DNA of 64,000 nucleotides from the human T2T-CHM13v2.0 reference genome, Homo sapiens: assembly GCF_009914755.1 (NCBI RefSeq), contig NC_060929.1. One strand, 5' to 3'. Of this stretch, positions 40,901 through 53,200 are shown one piece after another. Within the stretch, counting starts at the first letter, position 1; every line of letters starts with the position of its first letter. The notes under the pieces were generated by a model, which did not search any database, had not been told where the DNA came from, and saw only the letters and a program-made list of their open reading frames with translations. The translations under genes and the position numbers were made by a program.

Positions 40901-43754
40901 TCAACTCACAGAGTTTAACCTTTCTTTTCATAGAGCAGTTAGGAAACACTCTGTTTGTAAAGTCTGCAAGTGGATATTCAGACCTCTTTGAGGCCTTCGT
41001 TGGAAACGGGTTTTTTTCATATAAGGCTAGACAGAAGAATTCCCAGTAACTTCCTTGTGTTGTGTGTGTTCAACTCACAGAGTTGAACTTTCATTTACAC
41101 ATAGCAGATTTGAAACACTCTTTTTGTGGAATTTGCAAGTGGAGATATCAAACGCTTTGAGGCCAAAGGCAGAAAAGGAAATATCTTCGCATAAAAACTA
41201 GACAGAATCATTCTCAGAAACTGCTCTGCGATGTGTGCGTTCAACTCTCAGAGTTTAACTTTTCTTTTCATTCAGCAGTTTGGAAACACTCTGTTTGTAA
41301 AGTCTGCACGTGCATAATTTGACCACTTAGAGGCCTTCGTTGGAAACGGGTTTTTTTCATGTAAGGCTAGACAGAAGAATTCTCAGTAACTTCCTTGTGT
41401 TGTGTGTATTCAACTCACAGAGTTGAACGATCCTTTACACAGAGCAGACTTGAAACGCTCGTTTTGTGGAATTTGCAAGTGGAGATTTCAGCCGCTTTGA
41501 GGTCAATGGTAGAAAAGGAAATATCTTCGTATAAAAACTAGACAGAATGATTCTCAGAAACTCCTTTGTGATGTGTTTGTTCAACTCACAGAGTTTAACC
41601 TTTCTTTTCATAGAGCAGTTAGGAAACACTCTGTTTGTAAAGTCTGCAGGTGGATATTCAGACCTCTTTGAGGCCTTCGTTGGAAATGGGTTTTTTTCAT
41701 ATAAGACTAGACAGAAGAATTCCCAGTAACTTCCTTGTGTTGTGTGTGTTCAACTCACAGAGTTGAACTTTCATTTACACAGAGCAGATTTGAAACACTC
41801 TTTTTGTGGAATTTGCAAATGGAGATTTCAAGCGCTTTGAGGCCAAAGGCAGAAAAGGAAATATCTTCGTATAAAAACTAGACAGAATCATTCTCAGAAA
41901 CTGCTCTGCGATGTGTGCGTTCAACTCTCAGAGTTTAACTTTTCTTTTCATTCAGCAGTTTGGAAACACTCTGTTTGTAAAGTCTGCACGTGGATAATTT
42001 GACCACTTAGAGGCCTTCGTTGGAAACGGGTTTTTTTCATGTAAGGCTAGACAGAAGAATTCTCAGTAACTTCCTTGTGTTGTGTGTATTCAACTCACAG
42101 AGTTGAACGATCCTTTACACAGAGCAGACTTGTAACACTCTTTTTGTGGAATTTGCAAGTGGAGATTTCAGCCGCTTTGAAGTCAAAGGTATAAAAGGAA
42201 ATATCTTCCTATAAACACTAGACAGAATGATTCTCAGAAACTCCTTTGTGATGTGTGCGTTCAACTCACAGAGTTTAACCTTTCTTTTCATAGAGCAGTT
42301 AGGAAACACTCTGTTTGTAAAGTCTGCAAGTGGATATTCAGACCTCTTTGAGGCCTTCGTTGGAAACGGGTTTTTTCATATAAGGCTAGACAGAAGAATT
42401 CCCAGTAACTTCCTTGTGTTGTGTGTGTTCAACTCACAGAGTTGAACTTTCATTTACACAGAGCAGATTTGAAACACTCTTTTTGTGGAATTTGCAAGTG
42501 GAGATTTCAAGGGCTTTGAGGCCAAAGGCAGAAAAGGAAATATCTTCGTATAAAAACTAGACAGAATCATTCTCAGAAACTGCTCTGCGATGTGTGCATT
42601 CAACTCTCAGAGTTTAACTTTTCTTTTCATTCAGCAGTTTGGAAACACTCTGTTTGTAAAGGCTGCACGTGGATATTTTGACTACTTAGAGGCCTTCGTT
42701 GGAAACGTGTTTTTTTCCTGTAAGGCTAGACAGAAGAATTCCCAGTAACTTCCTTGTGTTGTGTACATTCAACTCACAGAGTTGAACGTTCCCTTAGACA
42801 GAGCAGATTTGAAACACTCTTTTTGTGCAATTGGCAAGTGGAGATTTCAAGCGCTTTAAGGTCAATGGCAGAAAAGGAAATATCTTCGTTTCAAAACTAG
42901 ACAGAATCATTCCCACAAACTGTGTTGTGATGTGTTCGTTCAACTCACAGAGTTTAACCTTTCTTTTCATAGAGCAGTTAGGAAACAGTCTGTTTGTAAA
43001 TTCTGTAAGTGGATATTCTGACATCTTGTGGCCTTCGTTGGAAACGGGATTTCTTCATATTCTGCTAGACAGAAGAATTCTCAGAATCTTCCTTGTGTTG
43101 TGTGTATTCAACTCACAGAGTTGAACGATCCTTTACACAGAGCAGACTTGAAACACTCTTTTTGTGGAATTTGCAAGTGGAGATTTCAGCCGCTTTGAGG
43201 TCCATGGTAGACAAGGAAATATCTTCGTATAAAAACTAGACAGAATGATTCTCAGAAACTTCTTTGTGATGTGTGCGTTCAACTCACAGAGTTTAAGCTT
43301 TCTTTTCATAGAGCAGTTAGGAAACACTCTGTTTGTAAACTCTGCAAGTGGATATTCAGACCTCTTTGAGGCCTTCGTTGGAAATGGGATTTCTCCATAC
43401 TGTGCTAGACAGAAGAATTCTCAGTAACTTCCTTGTGTTGTGTGTGTTCAACTCACAGAGTTGAACTTTCATTTACACAGAGCAGATTTGAAACACTCTT
43501 TTTGTGGAATTTGCAAATGGAGATTTCAAGCGCTTTGAGGCCAAAGGCAGAAAAGGAAATCTCTTCGTATAAAAACTAGACAGAATCATTCTCAGAAACT
43601 GCTCTGCGATGTGTGCGTTCAACTCTCAGAGTTTAACTTTTCTTTTCATTTAGCAGTTTGGAAACACTCTGTTTGTAAAGTCTGCACGTGGATAATTTGA
43701 CCACTTAGAGGCCTTCGTTGGAAACGGGTTTTTTTCATGTAAGGCTAGACAGAA

Positions 43755-46700
43755 GAATTCTCAGTAACTTCCTTGTGTTGTGTGTATTCAACTCACAGAG
43801 TTGAACGATCCTTTACACAGAGCAGACTTGTAACACTCTTTTTGTGGAATTTGCAAGTGGAGATTTCAGCCGCTTTGAAGTTAAAGGTAGAAAAGGAAAT
43901 ATCTTCCTATAAAAACTAGACAGAATGATTCTCAGAAACTCCTTTGTGATGTGTGCGTTCAACTCACAGAGTTTAACCTTTCTTTTCATAGAGCAGTTAG
44001 GAAACACTCCGTTTGTAAAGTCTGCAAGTGGATATTCAGACCTCTTTGAGGCCTTCGTTGGAAACGGGTTTTTTCCATATAAGGCTAGACAGAAGAATTC
44101 CAGTAACTTCCTTGTGTTGTGTGTGTTCAACTCACAGAGTTGAACTTTCATTTACACAGAGCAGATTTGAAACACTCTTTTTGTGGAATTTGCAAGTGGA
44201 GATTTCAAGCGCTTTGAGGCCAAAGGCAGAAAAGGAAATATCTTCGTATAAAAACTAGACAGAATCATTCTCAGAAACTGCTCTGCGATGTGTGCGTTCA
44301 ACTCTCAGAGTTTAACTTTTCTTTTCATTTAGCAGTTTGGAAACACTCTGTTTGTAAAGTCTGCACGTGGATAATTTGACCACTTAGAGGCCTTCGTTGG
44401 AAACGGGTTTTTTTCATGTAAGGCTAGACAGAAGAATTCTCAGTAACTTCCTTGTGTTGTGTGTATTCAACTCACAGAGTTGAACGATCATTTACACAGA
44501 GCAGACTTGTAACACTCTTTTTGTGGAATTTGCAAGTGGAGATTTCAGCCGCTTTGAAGTCAAAGGTAGAAAAGGAAATATCTTCCTATAAAAACTAGAC
44601 AGAATGATTCTCAGAAACTCCTTTGTGATGTGTGCGTTCAACTCACAGAGTTTAACCTTTCTTTTCATAGAGCAGTTAGGAAACACTCCGTTTGTAAAGT
44701 CTGCAAGTGGATATTCAGACCTCTTTGAGGCCTTCGTTGGAAACGGGTTTTTTCCATATAAGGCTAGACAGAAGAATTCCCAGTAACTTCCTTGTGTTGT
44801 GTGTGTTCAACTCACAGAGTTGAGCTTTCATTTACACAGAGCAGATTTGAAACACTCTTTTTGTGGAATTTGCAAGTGGAGATTTCAAGCGCTTTGAGGC
44901 CAAAGGCAGAAAAGGAAATATCTTCGTATAAAAACTAGACAGAATCATTCTCAGAAACTGCTCTGCGATGTGTGCGTTCAACTCTCACAGTTTAACTTTT
45001 CTTTTCATTTAGCAGTTTGGAAACACTCTGTTTGTAAAGTCTGCACGTGGATAATTTGACCACTTAGAGGCCTTCGTTGGAAACGGGTTTTTTTCATGTA
45101 AGGCTAGACAGAAGAATTCTCAGTAACTTCCTTGTGTTGTGTGTTTTCAACTCACAGAGTTGAACGATCCTTTACACAGAGCAGACTTGTAACACTCTTT
45201 TTGTGGAATTTGCAAGTGGAGATTTCAGCCGCTTTGAAGTCAAAGGTAGAAAGGGAAATATCTTCCTATAAAAACTAGACAGAATGATTCTCAGAAACTC
45301 CTTTGTGATGTGTGCGTTCAACTCACAGAGTTTAACCTTTCTTTTCATAGAGCATTTAGGAAACACTCCGTTTGTAAAGTCTGCAAGTGGATATTCAGAC
45401 CTCTTTGAGGCCTTCGTTGGAAACGGGTTTTTTCCATATAAGGCTAGACAGAAGAATTCCCAGTAACTTCCTTGTGTTGTGTGTGTTCAACTCACAGAGT
45501 TGAGCTTTCATTTACACAGAGCAGATTTGAAACACTCTTTTTGTGGAATTTGCAAGTGGAGATTTCAAGCGCTTTGAGGCCAAAGGCAGAAAAGGAAATA
45601 TCTTCGTATAAAAACTAGACAGAATCATTCTCAGAAACTGCTCTGCGATGTGTGCGTTCAACTCTCAGAGTTTAACTTTTCTTTTCATTTAGCAGTTTGG
45701 AAACACTCTGTTTGTAAAGTCTGCACGTGGATAATTTGACCACTTAGAGGCCTTCGTTGGAAACGGGTTTTTTTCATGTAAGGCTAGACAGAAGAATTCT
45801 CAGTAACTTCCTTGTGTTGTGTGTATTCAACTCACAGAGTTGAACGATCCTTTACACAGAGCAGACTTGTAACACTCTTTTTGTGGAATTTGCAAGTGGA
45901 GATTTCAGCCGCTTTGAAGTCAAAGGTAGAAAAGGAAATATCTTCCTATAAAAACTAGACAGAATGATTCTCAGAAACTCCTTTGTGATGTGTGCATTCA
46001 ACTCACAGAGTTTAACCTTTCTTTTCATAGAGCAGTTAGGAAACACTCCGTTTGTTAAGTCTGCAAGTGGATATTCAGACCTCTTTGAGGCCTTCGTTGG
46101 AAACGGGTTTTTTCCATATAAGGCTAGACAGAAGAATTCCCAGTAACTTCCTTGTGTTGTGTGTGTTCAACTCACAGAGTTGAGCTTTCATTTACACAGA
46201 GCAGATTTGAAACCCTCTTTTTGTGGAATTTGCAAGTGGAGATTTCAAGCGCTTTGAGGCCAAAGGCAGAAAAGGAAATATCTTCGTATAAAAACTAGAC
46301 AGAATCATTCTCAGAAACTGCTCTGCGATGTGTGCGTTCAACTCTCAGAGTTTAACATTTCTTTTCATTTAGCAGTTTGGAAACACTCTGTTTGCAAAGT
46401 CTGCACGTGGATAATTTGACCACTTAGAGGCCTTCGTTGGAAACGGGTTTTTTTCATGTAAGGCTAGACAGAAGAATTCTCAGTAACTTCCTTGTGTTGT
46501 GTGTATTCAACTCACAGAGTTGAACGATCCTTTACACAGAGCAGACTTGTAACACTCTTTTTGTGGAATTTGCAAGTGGAGATTTCAGCCGCTTTGAAGT
46601 CAAAGGTAGAAAAGGAAATATCTTCCTATAAAAACTAGACAGAATGATTCTCAGAAACTCCTTTGTGATGTGTGCGTTCAACTCACAGAGTTTAACCTTT

Positions 46701-47833
46701 CTTTTCATAGAGCAGTTAGGAAACACTCCGTTTGTAAAGTCTGCAAGTGGATATTCAGACCTCTTTGAGGCCTTCGTTGGAAACGGGTTTTTTCCATATA
46801 AGGCTAGACAGAAGAATTCCCAGTAACTTCCTTGTGTTGTGTGTGTTCAACTCACAGAGTTGAGCTTTCATTTACACAGAGCAGATTTGAAACCCTCTTT
46901 TTGTGGAATTTGCAAGTGGAGATTTCAAGCGCTTTGAGGCCACAGGCAGAAAAGGAAATATCTTCGTATAAAAACTAGACAGAATCATTCTCAGAAACTG
47001 CTCTGCGATGTGTGCGTTCAACTCTCAGAGTTTAACTTTTCTTTTCATTCAGCAGTTTGGAAACACTCTGTTTGTAAAGTCTGCACGTGGATAATTTGAC
47101 CACTTAGAGGCCTTTGTTGGAAACGGGTTTTTTTCATGTAAGGCTAGACAGAAGAATTCTCAGTAACTTCCTTGTGTTGTGTGTATTCAACTCACAGAGT
47201 TGAACGATCCTTTACACAGAGCAGACTTGTAACACTCTTTTTGTGGAATTTGCAAGTGGAGATTTCAGCCGCTTTGAAGTCAAAGGTAGAAAAGGAAATA
47301 TCTTCCTATAAAAACTAGACAGAATGATTCTCAGAAACTCCTTTGTGATGTGTGCGTTCAACTCACAGAGTTTAACCTTTCTTTTCATAGAGCAGTTAGG
47401 AAACACTCCGTTTGTAAAGTCTGCAAGTGGATATTCAGACCTCTTTGAGGCCTTCGTTGGAAACGGGTTTTTTTCATATAAGGCTAGACAGAAGAATTCC
47501 CAGTAACTTCCTTGTGTTGTGTGTGTTCAACTCACAGAGTTGAACTTTCATTTACACAGAGCAGATTTGAAACACTCTTTTTGTGGAATTTGCAAGTGGA
47601 GATTTCAAGCGCTTTGAGGCCAAAGGCAGAAAAGGAAATATCTTCGTATAAAAACTAGACAGAATCATTCTCAGAAACTGCTCTGCGATGTGTGCGTTCA
47701 ACTCTCAGAGTTTAACTTTTCTTTTCATTCAACAGTTTGGAAACACTCTGTTTGTAAAGTCTGCACGTGGATATTTTGACCACTTAGAGGCCTTCGTTGG
47801 AAACGGGTTTTTTTCCTGTAAGGCTAGACAGAA
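43755..47833 (+). repeat. Six tandem copies of a 680-bp (4-mer) unit
   Basis: The variant AAACACTCCG recurs every 680 bp (ORF markers 43925, 44604, 45284, 45964, 46644, 47324). TTTCCATATA, TGAGCTTTCA and CATTTAGCAG are present in most copies. Total length 4079 bp = 6x680-1. Confidence 0.92.
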
Positions 47834-50249
47834 GAATTCCCAGTAACTTCCTTGTGTTGTGTACATTCAACTCAAAGAGTTGAACGTTCCCTTAGACAGA
47901 GCAGATTTGAAACACTCTTTTTGTGCAATTGGCAAGTGGAGATTTCAAGCGCTTTAAGGTCAATGGCAGAAAAGGAAACATCTTCGTTTCAAAACTAGAC
48001 AGAATCATTCCCACAAACTGCGTTGTGATGTGTTCGTTCAACTCACAGAGTTTAACCTTTCTTTTCATAGAGCAGTTAGGAAACAGTCTGTTTGTAAATT
48101 CTGTAAGTGGATATTCTGACATCTTGTGGCCTTCGTTGGAAACGGGATCTCTTCATATTCTGCTAGACAGAAGAATTCTCAGAATCTGCCTTGTGTTGTG
48201 TGTATTCAACTCACAGAGTTGAACGATCCTTTACACAGAGCAGACTTGAAACACTCTTTTTGTGGAATTTGCAAGTGGAGATTTCAGCCGCTTTGAGGTC
48301 CATGGTAGAAAAGGAAATATCTTCCTATAAAAACTAGACAGAATGATTCTCAGAAACTCCTTTGTGATGTGTGCGTTCAACTCACAGAGTTTAACCTTTC
48401 TTTTCATAGAGCAGTTAGGAAACACTCCGTTTGTAAAGTCTGCAAGTGGATATTCAGACCTCTTTGAGGCCTTCGTTGGAAACGGGTTTTTTCCATATAA
48501 GGCTAGACAGAAGAATTCCCAGTAACCTCCTTGTGTTGTGTGTGTTCAACTCACAGAGTTGAGCTTTCATTTACACAGAGCAGATTTGAAACACTCTTTT
48601 TGTGGAATTTGCAAGTGGAGATTTCAAGCGCTTTGAGGCCAAAGGCAGAAAAGGAAATATCTTCGTATAAAAACTAGACAGAATCATTCTCAGAAACTGC
48701 TCTGCGATGTGTGCGTTCAACTCTCAGAGTTTAACTTTTCTTTTCATTCAGCAGTTTGGAAACACTCGGTTTGTAAAGTCTGCACGTGGATATTTTGACC
48801 ACTTAGAGGCCTTCGTTGGAAACGGGTTTTTTTCCTGTAAGGCTAGACAGAAGAATTCCCAGTAACTTCCTTGTGTTGTGTACATTCAACTCACAGAGTT
48901 GAACGTTCCCTTAGAAAGAGCAGATTTGAAACACTCTTTTTGTGCAATTGGCAAGTGGAGATTTCAAGCGCTTTAAGGTCAATGGCAGAAAAGGAAATAT
49001 CTTCGTTTCAACACTAGACAGAATCATTCCCACAAACTGCGTTGTGATGTGTTCGTTCAACTCACAGTGTTTAACCTTTCTTTTCATAGAGCAGTTAGGA
49101 AACAGTCTGTTTGTAAATTCTGTAAGTGGATATTCTGACATCTTGTGGCCTTCGTTGGAAAAGGGATTTCTTCATATTCTGCTAAACAGAAGAATTCCCA
49201 GTAACTTCCTTGTGTTGTGTGTGTTCAACTCACAGAGTTGAACTTTCATTTACACAGAGCAGATTTGAAACACTCTTTTTGTGGAATTTGCAAATTTTGA
49301 TTTCAAGCGCTTTGAGGCCAAAGGCAGAAAAGGAAATATCTTCGTATAAAAACTAGACAGAATCATTCTCAGAAACTGCTCTGTGATGTGTGCGTTCAAC
49401 TCTCAGAGTTTAACTTTTCTTTTCATTCAGCAGTTTGGAAACACTCTGTTTGTAAAGTCTGCACGTGCATAATTTGACCACTTAGAGGCCTTCGTTGGAA
49501 ACGGGTTTTTTTCATGTAAGGCTAGACAGAAGAATTCTCAGTAACTTCCTTGTGTTGTGTGTATTCAACTCACAGAGTTGAACGATCCTTTACACAGAGC
49601 AGACTTGTAACACTCTTTTTGTGGAATTTGCAAGTGGAGATTTCAGCCGCTTTGAAGTCAAAGGTAGAAAAGGAAATATCTTCCTATAAAAACTAGACAA
49701 AATGATTCTCAGAAACTCCTTTGTGATGTGTGCGTTCAACTCACAGAGTTTAACCTTTCTTTTCATAGAGCAGTTAGGAAACACTGTGTTTGTAAAGTCT
49801 GCAAGTGGATATTCAGACCTCTTTGAGGCCTTCGTTGGAAACGGGTTTTTTTCATATAAGGCTAGACAGAAGAATTCCCAGTAACTTCCTTGTGTTGTGT
49901 GTTCAACTCACAGAGTTGAACTTTCATTTACACAGAGCAGATTTGAAACACTCTTTTTGTGGAATTTGCAAGTGGAGATTTCAAGCGCTTTGAGGCCAAA
50001 GGCAGAAAAGGAAATATCTTCGTATAAAAACTAGACAGAATCATTCTCAGAAACTGCTCTGTGATGTGTGCGTTCAACTCTCAGAGTTTAAATTTTCTTC
50101 TCATTCAGCAGTTTGGAAACACTCTGTTTGTAAAGTCTGCACGTGGATAATTTGACCACTTAGAGGCCTTCGTTGGAAACGGGTTTTTTTCATGTAAGGC
50201 TAGACAGAAGAATTCTCAGTAACTTCCTTGTGTTGTGTGTATTCAACTC

Positions 50250-53200
50250 ACAGAGTTGAAAGACCCTTTACACAGAGCAGACTTGAAACACTCTTTTTGT
50301 GGAATTTGCAAGTGGAGATTTCAGCCGCTTTGAAGTCAAAGGTAGAAAAGGAAATATCTTCGTATAAAAACTAGACAGAATGATTCTCAGAAACTCCTTT
50401 GTGATGTGTGCGTTCAACTCACAGAGTTTAACCTTCCTTTTCATAGAGCAGTTAGGAAACACTCTGCTTGTAAAGTCTGCAAGTGGATATTCAGACCTCT
50501 TTGAGGCCTTCCTTGGAAACGGGATTTTTTCATATAAGGCTAGACAGAAGAATTCCCAGTAACTTCCTTGTGTTGTGTGTATTCAACTCACAGAGTTGAA
50601 CTTTCATTTACACAGAGCAGATTTGAAACACTCTTTTTGTGGTATTTGCAAGTGGAGATTTCAGCCGCTTTGATGTCAATGATAGAAAAGGAAATATCTT
50701 CGTATAAAAACTAGACAGAATCATTCTCAGAAACTTCTTTGTGATGTGCGCGTTCAACTCACAGAGTTCAACCTTTCTTTTCATAGAGCAATTAGGAAAC
50801 ACTCTGTTTGTTAAGTCTGCACGTGGATATTTTGACCCCTCAGAGGCGTTCGTTGGAAACGGGTTTTTTTCATGTAAGGCTAGACAGAAGATTTCTCAGT
50901 AACTTCCTTGTGTTGTGTGTATTCAACTCACAGAGTTGAACGATCGTTTACACAGAGCAGATTTGAAACACTCCTTTTGTGCAATTTGCAAGTGGAGATT
51001 TCAAGCGCTTTAAGGTCAATGGCAGAAAAGGAAATATCTTCATTTCAAAACTAGACAGAATCATTCCCACAAACTGCGTTGTGATGTGTTCGTTCAACTC
51101 ACAGGGTTTAACCTTTCTTTTCACAGAGCAGTTAGGAAACACTCTGTTTGTAAAGTCTGCACGTGGATATTTTGACCTCTTTGAGGCCTTCGTTGGAAAC
51201 GGGTTTTTTCATACAAGGCTAGACAGAAGAATTCTCAGAAACTCCCTTGTGTGGTGTGTATTCAACTGACAGAGTTGAACTTTCATTTAGACAGAGCAGA
51301 TTTGAAACCCTCTTTATGTGGAATTGGCAAGTGGAGATTTCAAGCGCTTTGAGACCAAAGGCAGAAAAGGAAATATCTTCGTATCAAAACTAGACAGAAT
51401 CATTCCCACAAACTGCGTTGTGATGTGTTCGTTCAACTCACAGGGTTTAACCTTTCTTTTCATAGAGCAGTTAGGAAACACTCTGTTTGTAAAGTCTGTA
51501 AGGGGATATTCTGATATCTTGTGGCCTTCGTTAGAAACGGGATTTCTTCATATTCTGCTAGACAGAAGAATTCTCAGTAACTTCCTTGTGTTGTGTGTAT
51601 ACAACTCACAGAGTTGAACGATCCTTTACACAGAGCAGACTTGAAACACTCTTTTTGTGGAATTTGCAAGTGGAGATTTCCGCCGCTTTGAGGTCCATGG
51701 TAGAAAAGGAAATATCCTCGTATAAAAACTAGACAGAATGATTCTCAGAAACTCCTTTGTGATGAGTGCGTTCAACTCACAGAGTTTAACCTTTCTTTTC
51801 ATAGAGCAGTTAGGAAACACTCTGTTTTTAAAGTCTGCACGTGGATATTTTGACCTCTTTGAGGCCTTCCTTGGAAACGGGATTTTTTCATATAAGGCTA
51901 GACAGAAGAATTCTCAGTAACTTCCTTGTGTTGTGTGTATTCAACTGACAGAGTTGAACTTTCATTTAGACCGAGCAGATTTGAAACACTATTTATGTGG
52001 AATTGGCAATTGGAGATTTCAAGCTCTTTGAGGCCAAAGGCAGAAAAGGAAATATCTTCGTTTCAAAACTAGACAGAATCATTCCCACAAACTGCGTTGT
52101 GATGTGTTCGTTCAACTCACAGAGTTTAACCTTTCTTTTCATAGAGCAGTTAGGAGACACTCTGTTTGTAATGTCTGCAAGTGGATATTCAGACCTCTTT
52201 GAGGCCTTCGTTGGAAACGGGATTTCTTCATATTATGCTACACAGAAGAATTCTCAGTAACTTCCTTGTGTTGTGTGTATTCAACTCACAGAGTTGAACG
52301 ATCCTTTACACAGAGCAGATTACAAACACTTCTTTTGTGGAATTTGCAAGTGGAGATTTCAGCCGCTTTGAGGTCAATGGTAGAAAAGGAAATATCTTCG
52401 TATAAAAACTAGACAGAATGATTCTCAGAAACTCCTTTGTGATGTGTGCGTTCAACTCACAGAGTTTAACTTTTCTTTTCATAGAGCAGTTAGGAAACAC
52501 TCTGTTTGTAAAGTCTGCAAGTGGATATTCAGACCTCTTTGAGGCCTTCGTTGGAAACGGGATTTCTTCATATTCTGCTAGACAGAAGAATTCTCAGTAA
52601 CTTCCTCGTGTTGTGTGTATTCAACTCACAGAGTTGAACGATTGTTTACACAGAGCAGACTTGAAACACTCTTTTTGTGGAATTTGCAAATGGAGATTTC
52701 AGCTGCTTTGAGGTCAATGGTTGAAAAGGAAATATCTTCATATAAAAATTAGACAGAATGATTCTCAGAAACTCCTTTGTGATGTGGGTGTTCAACTCAC
52801 GGAGAATAACTTTCTTTTCATAGAGCAGTTAGGAAACACTCTGTTTGTAAAGTCTGCAAGTGGATATTTTCACCTCTTTGAGGCCTTCTTTGGAAAGGGG
52901 GTTTTTTTCATGTAAAGCTGACAGAAGAATTCTCAGTAACTTCCTTTTGTTGTGTGTATTCAACTGACAGAGTTGAACTTTCATTTAGACAGAGCAGATT
53001 TGAAACACTCTTTTTGTGGTATTTGCAAGTGGAGATTTCAGCCGCTTTGATGTCAATGATAGAAAAGGAAATATCCTCATATAAAAATTAGACAGAATGA
53101 TTCTCAGAAACTCCTTCGTGATGTGGGTGTTCAACTCACAGAGTTTAAACTTTCTTTTCATAGAGCAGTTAGGAAACACTCTGTTTGTAAAGTCTGCAAG

